A stretch of 64,000 nucleotides of DNA from NCBI GenBank assembly GCA_043228905.1, contig JBHGNT010000002.1:10726001-10790000 (forward strand). Reading direction: 5' to 3'. This stretch comes from Azolla caroliniana (taxonomy: Eukaryota > Plantae > Polypodiophyta). Shown here in pieces: positions 59,867-64,000 of the stretch. Below the pieces are notes generated by a model. That model searched no databases and was not told the DNA's origin. It worked only from the letters and a program-made list of their open reading frames with translations. A program made the translations under genes and the position numbers. The number at the start of each line of letters is the position of its first letter. Position 1 is the stretch's first letter.

Positions 59867-62800
59867 TGTCAGGAACAATACTAAGACAGAGAGGGAATTA
59901 GTACTAAAAGATGTGAATTAGTACTAAGAAAGAGAAAAGGGTGTAGAACTCACGAGGGAAGGGGAGAGAGAGAAAGAGAGGAGAGATCGAGGGAGAGAGA
60001 GAATGATGACAACAAAAGATATATTATATTATATGAAGAATAAGTACAAGAATAACTATGAGGCTTAAGACTGGCAATGAACAATTTGGTTCGAAATAAT
60101 GCCTTTTGCCTCCTTTTATAGTGTTTTCAGGAGTACTCCTGAAGTTTCTAGAATGCTCCAGAGAAATCTAGAAATAATAAATGAAAATAATATCCTTCAT
60201 ATTACAATATATAGTCTAATGGCAAGGGCTCGACCCATGTAACATAAGGTCATGGGTTTGAATTTTGCTATACATGACAGTAACCCACTTTAAAACGACG
60301 AGTGTTACGAGTCGTTTTGGATTGAGGACCCGGTTTGTCGGGATATTGACAATGGAAGTCTTCAAGAAGAGCACGAGCATTGGTCACATTCGCTATTGGT
60401 TCCCAAGTACACTCACTAGGGCTATATCCTAGCCAATCGACCAAATAGTAGAGCTTGTTGCGACCAATCTTGGAATTGAGGATGGCGGCAACCTCGTACT
60501 CAGGTCCATCTTCAAGTTCGATCGGAAGTGGAGGTGGTTTGATATGACCTGGGATAGTGTTGTCCTAATAGGGTTCTAGAAGAGAACTATGAAATACCGG
60601 ATGTATCCGTAATTGCGGAGGTAGATCAAGACGAAAAGGACCCAATCGCTGATAATCCAATTTATCGCATGGGCGAGTAGTCTTGATGTGTCGTCGTAAT
60701 AGCCATACCCGATCTCCAATGTTAAAACTAGATCCGCATAATCCTTGTGTGTTTGTTGAGCTTGTTGTAAATGAGTAGATAAATCCGCATCGCATGTATC
60801 TTGCGTAACCGCTCCAAACGATCCTCTCCACAAGGATTTGTGGGTAATTTCCGAGTTTCGAATACACACCACCGAGGATGATAGCCCGTATAAGCATAAA
60901 ATGGTGTAACCTTAGTTGATGAGTGGACAAAGTTAGTATACGCAAATTAGGCGAAGTGGAGAATATCCCCCAGTCATTTTGGTGATAGCTTAGAAAACCC
61001 CGAAGATACTGTTCCAACGTTTGATTTGTTCATTCTGCTTGTCCGTCTATTTGCGGGTGGTAGCTAGAGGAGAGGTTACAAGTGACCTTGAGCATTTTGA
61101 AGAGGTGCTTCCAGAATTTCGAGACGAACTGGGGTCCACAGTCGCTGATGATACTATCGGGGAGGCCATGATGCCGACATACCTCACGCATGACAGATCA
61201 GTGGTTTCTTCACTAGTGATTTCCTTAGTACATGGCAGAAAATGGGCCATCTTCGTATATCGATCTACTACTATTAAGATTGCATTGAATGCCTTAAAAA
61301 CTGGAAGATCTGTGATGAAATCTAGAGCAATGAATTGCCACAGCTTGCTTGGAATTGGTAATGGTTCCAATAAACCATATGTATGATGTCTTGGCATCTT
61401 TGCTTTGCAACATGTATCACATGTCCGAACATAATCTTCAACAAATCGTCACATATGGGGCCACCAAAATGATCATTGTACTAAATCTAATGTTTTAGTA
61501 CTACCAAAATGCCCTGTTGTATATGTGTCATGACAATTTTGGACTACATGAAGGCGACAAGAACCATTAGGAACATACAAGAGCTTCTTAAAGAATAGTA
61601 ATCCATCATGACATTCTAATTGTCGATAATCCGTACCTGGTTGCGATTGTGAACAAGATGCCCGAGAGGAATCAATTTGTGCTAGAATGGCTTGAGGGAA
61701 AGCATCTGTCTTCAAGTCCTCAAGTATGGTATCGATAATGTGGGAATCCAATGGCATATCGAAAACCCACGTTGCTTGCAGTCATGTCGGACCTAGGATT
61801 ACTTCTTTTTGGTTATCGAATGTTGACTCACCGAGACACGATGCTAGATACGAGCGCCGCGATAACGCATCTGCCTTCCCGTACTACCTCCTAGGACGAT
61901 ATGTAATTTTGAAGTCGAAATGAGTGAGGAATTGGGCCCACCAAGCTTGACATCGATTTAATACACGAGAATTCTGGAAGTAGGCAAGATTTTTGTGATC
62001 ACTGAATACCGTGACTTGATGTGAAGATCCCTCTAGAAAATGCCTCCATTGCATAAAAGAGTCCACTATTGCTAATAGCTCTTTATCGTGAATTTCATAG
62101 TTGATTTCGGTGGTGTCAAACTTGCGTGAGTGGAAAGCCACAAGATGTCGCTTTTCATCATCGCCTTGTTGTGAAAGAATGCTACCCAAAGCGAAATTTG
62201 AGGTGTTTGCCTCAATGATGAAAGGTTTTGCCAGATCAACATGAGCTAGAATAGGAACTAATGTGAATGCCTTCTTAAGACTCTCAAAAGCCATGTCCGC
62301 TTCTGTAGACCAAACAAATGACTGCCCCTTCTTGGTAAGCTATGTGAGAAGCAGAATAAGCTTTGAGTAATCCTATATAAACTTGCAGTAAAAATTGGCA
62401 AAACCTAAAAAGCATTGCACATCTCGCAATGAACGTGGAGTCTGCAACTCTATCACCGTTTTGAACTTAGCTAAATCCATAGAGATGCCTTCCGAGGAGA
62501 TGACATAGCCCAAAAATTCCACCTGTTTGCACTAACAGTTTTGCATAAAGACCATGTTCTCAAAGTTGTTTTAGTACTAACAATACACGTGAATCATGCT
62601 CTTCTTGGGTCTTTGAATAAACTAGTAGATCATCCAAATAGATGATCAAACAAACATCCAAGAGATCTCGGAATATATCATTTGTCATGTGTTGGATGAC
62701 TATTGGTGCATTAGTGAGACCGAATGGCATGACCGTATACTCGAAGTGCCCATATCTGGTGCGAAACGTGGTCTTCCATTCATCTCCTGGTTGGATCCGT

Positions 62801-64000
62801 ACGAGGTTATATGCTCCTCGTAAGTCAATCTGTGTGAAGAACCTTGCACCATTGATCCGTTCTAAAAGACTTGAGATAAGGGGGAGTGCATACTTATTCC
62901 TGATGGTGACCTTATTCAAGCCACAGTAATCTACGACAAGACGAAGTGATCCATCCTTTTCCTTGACCAAGAAAATGGGTACACCGGTTGGAGATTTCGA
63001 AGGTTGAATAAACCATTTGCCAAATTCTCCTCTATATAGGCTCGAAGGACTTCTAGCTTAGTTGGTGACAAGTTGTAGATCGGGCCCCATGGTGGTTCTT
63101 TTCCTGGTTCTAAATTAATGGGGCAATCATACGATCGGTGGTGAGGAAGTGTATTGGCTTGTACCTTATCGAACACATCGACATAATGACAGATACTTCT
63201 CTGGAAGTTGAACTGTGGATTCCTCTTTAGTGGTGTCAGAAGGTTTTACTGATACTGCGAAGACAAACATTGCTTCCTTGCATCCTTCCTCACGCAATAG
63301 ACGTAGTGAAATGGTTGCAATCCTATGAGTAGATCCCCGGATTTCTCTTGTTCGCCAATCTATGTCTGGGTTATGTAATTTGAACCATGATTACCCCAAG
63401 ACAATTGGATGCTCTAGACTACTAATTATATTAAATGATACTACACACACCAAGTTATCTAGGACAACCTGAATCGGCTTTGACTCTTCTACAATTTTTC
63501 CGGAAGCAATGGGATGAGCATCAATAATTACTATAGATGCTGGGCAAGAAAGTTTTCTTAGGGATATCTGATGAGCTTGGGTAAAATTCCTATCCATAAA
63601 GCAAGAGTTCGCTCTGGAATCTAAGAGTGTTAAGACATGTACTAGAGGAATACTTTTAGTAATAACCATTACTTGAGCTAAGAACACATTGCTAACTTAC
63701 TTAGAGGAAATGAAACCACTAATGGGTTGCACAAATCTAGGGCTATCCAACCAAACGACTCCTATTTTTGGCCGGACTTAATCGTCTAACTCTTCTTCTA
63801 GTTGACTAAGGATTTCAAATTTGTTTGAAAGGCTTGGGCTATTAGTACTATTAGGACTATCAAATATTCCTACTGAAATAGACTCGGGTTTAGTACAATT
63901 AGAACTAGCGACTATTTGGTTTACCTGTCTTCTTGGCCTATGGGTACAGTTCACCGCAATATGCCCTGGTCCATTGCAATAGAGACATAGTCAATTTGCT
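59867..64000 (-). mobile_element. Decayed chromovirus (Tcn1-like Gypsy): PR-RT-RH-INT-chromodomain, 3' LTR ~59867-60279; runs off the window
   Basis: PR LLDSRAN, RT IDLRGAY and YLDD, RH, INT GPF..HPVFH. Chromodomain EYEVAAILNSK..YYLVDWLGYSPSECTWEP at ~60395-60505. Confidence 0.9.

Noticed and set aside
60208-60274. Functional tRNA gene
   Set aside because: Degenerate B-box and no convincing cloverleaf; kept only as a tRNA-like module.

Overview
Nuclear DNA of a land plant, probably a non-seed plant (inferred from the PSTALRE-type CDKB and a Tcn1-like chromovirus). It holds one complete host gene: an 8-exon, 305-aa B-type cyclin-dependent kinase (61-1969, minus). Its promoter has MSA-like motifs and a hAT-type MITE with an 8-bp TSD. 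The remaining ~60 kb is a nested stack of LTR retrotransposons. These are Tnt1/Tork-like Copia copies and solo LTRs, a second Copia group with two PPT-like tracts and a PPT-enclosing hairpin, a gag-only element with a tRNA-Trp PBS, a decayed chromodomain Gypsy, and two related non-chromovirus Gypsy elements with a large extra ORF after pol. The most striking feature is the young Gypsy at 33973-43813 (LTRs 420/421 identical, TSD GGCCA). It has a normal tRNA-Arg-type PBS but no polypurine tract. In the PPT position, 2 nt before the 3' LTR, is a sense copy of a tRNA 3' end including CCA. This suggests both DNA strands may be tRNA-primed. tRNA identities are from recalled plant tRNA sequences, and all alignments were done by eye.
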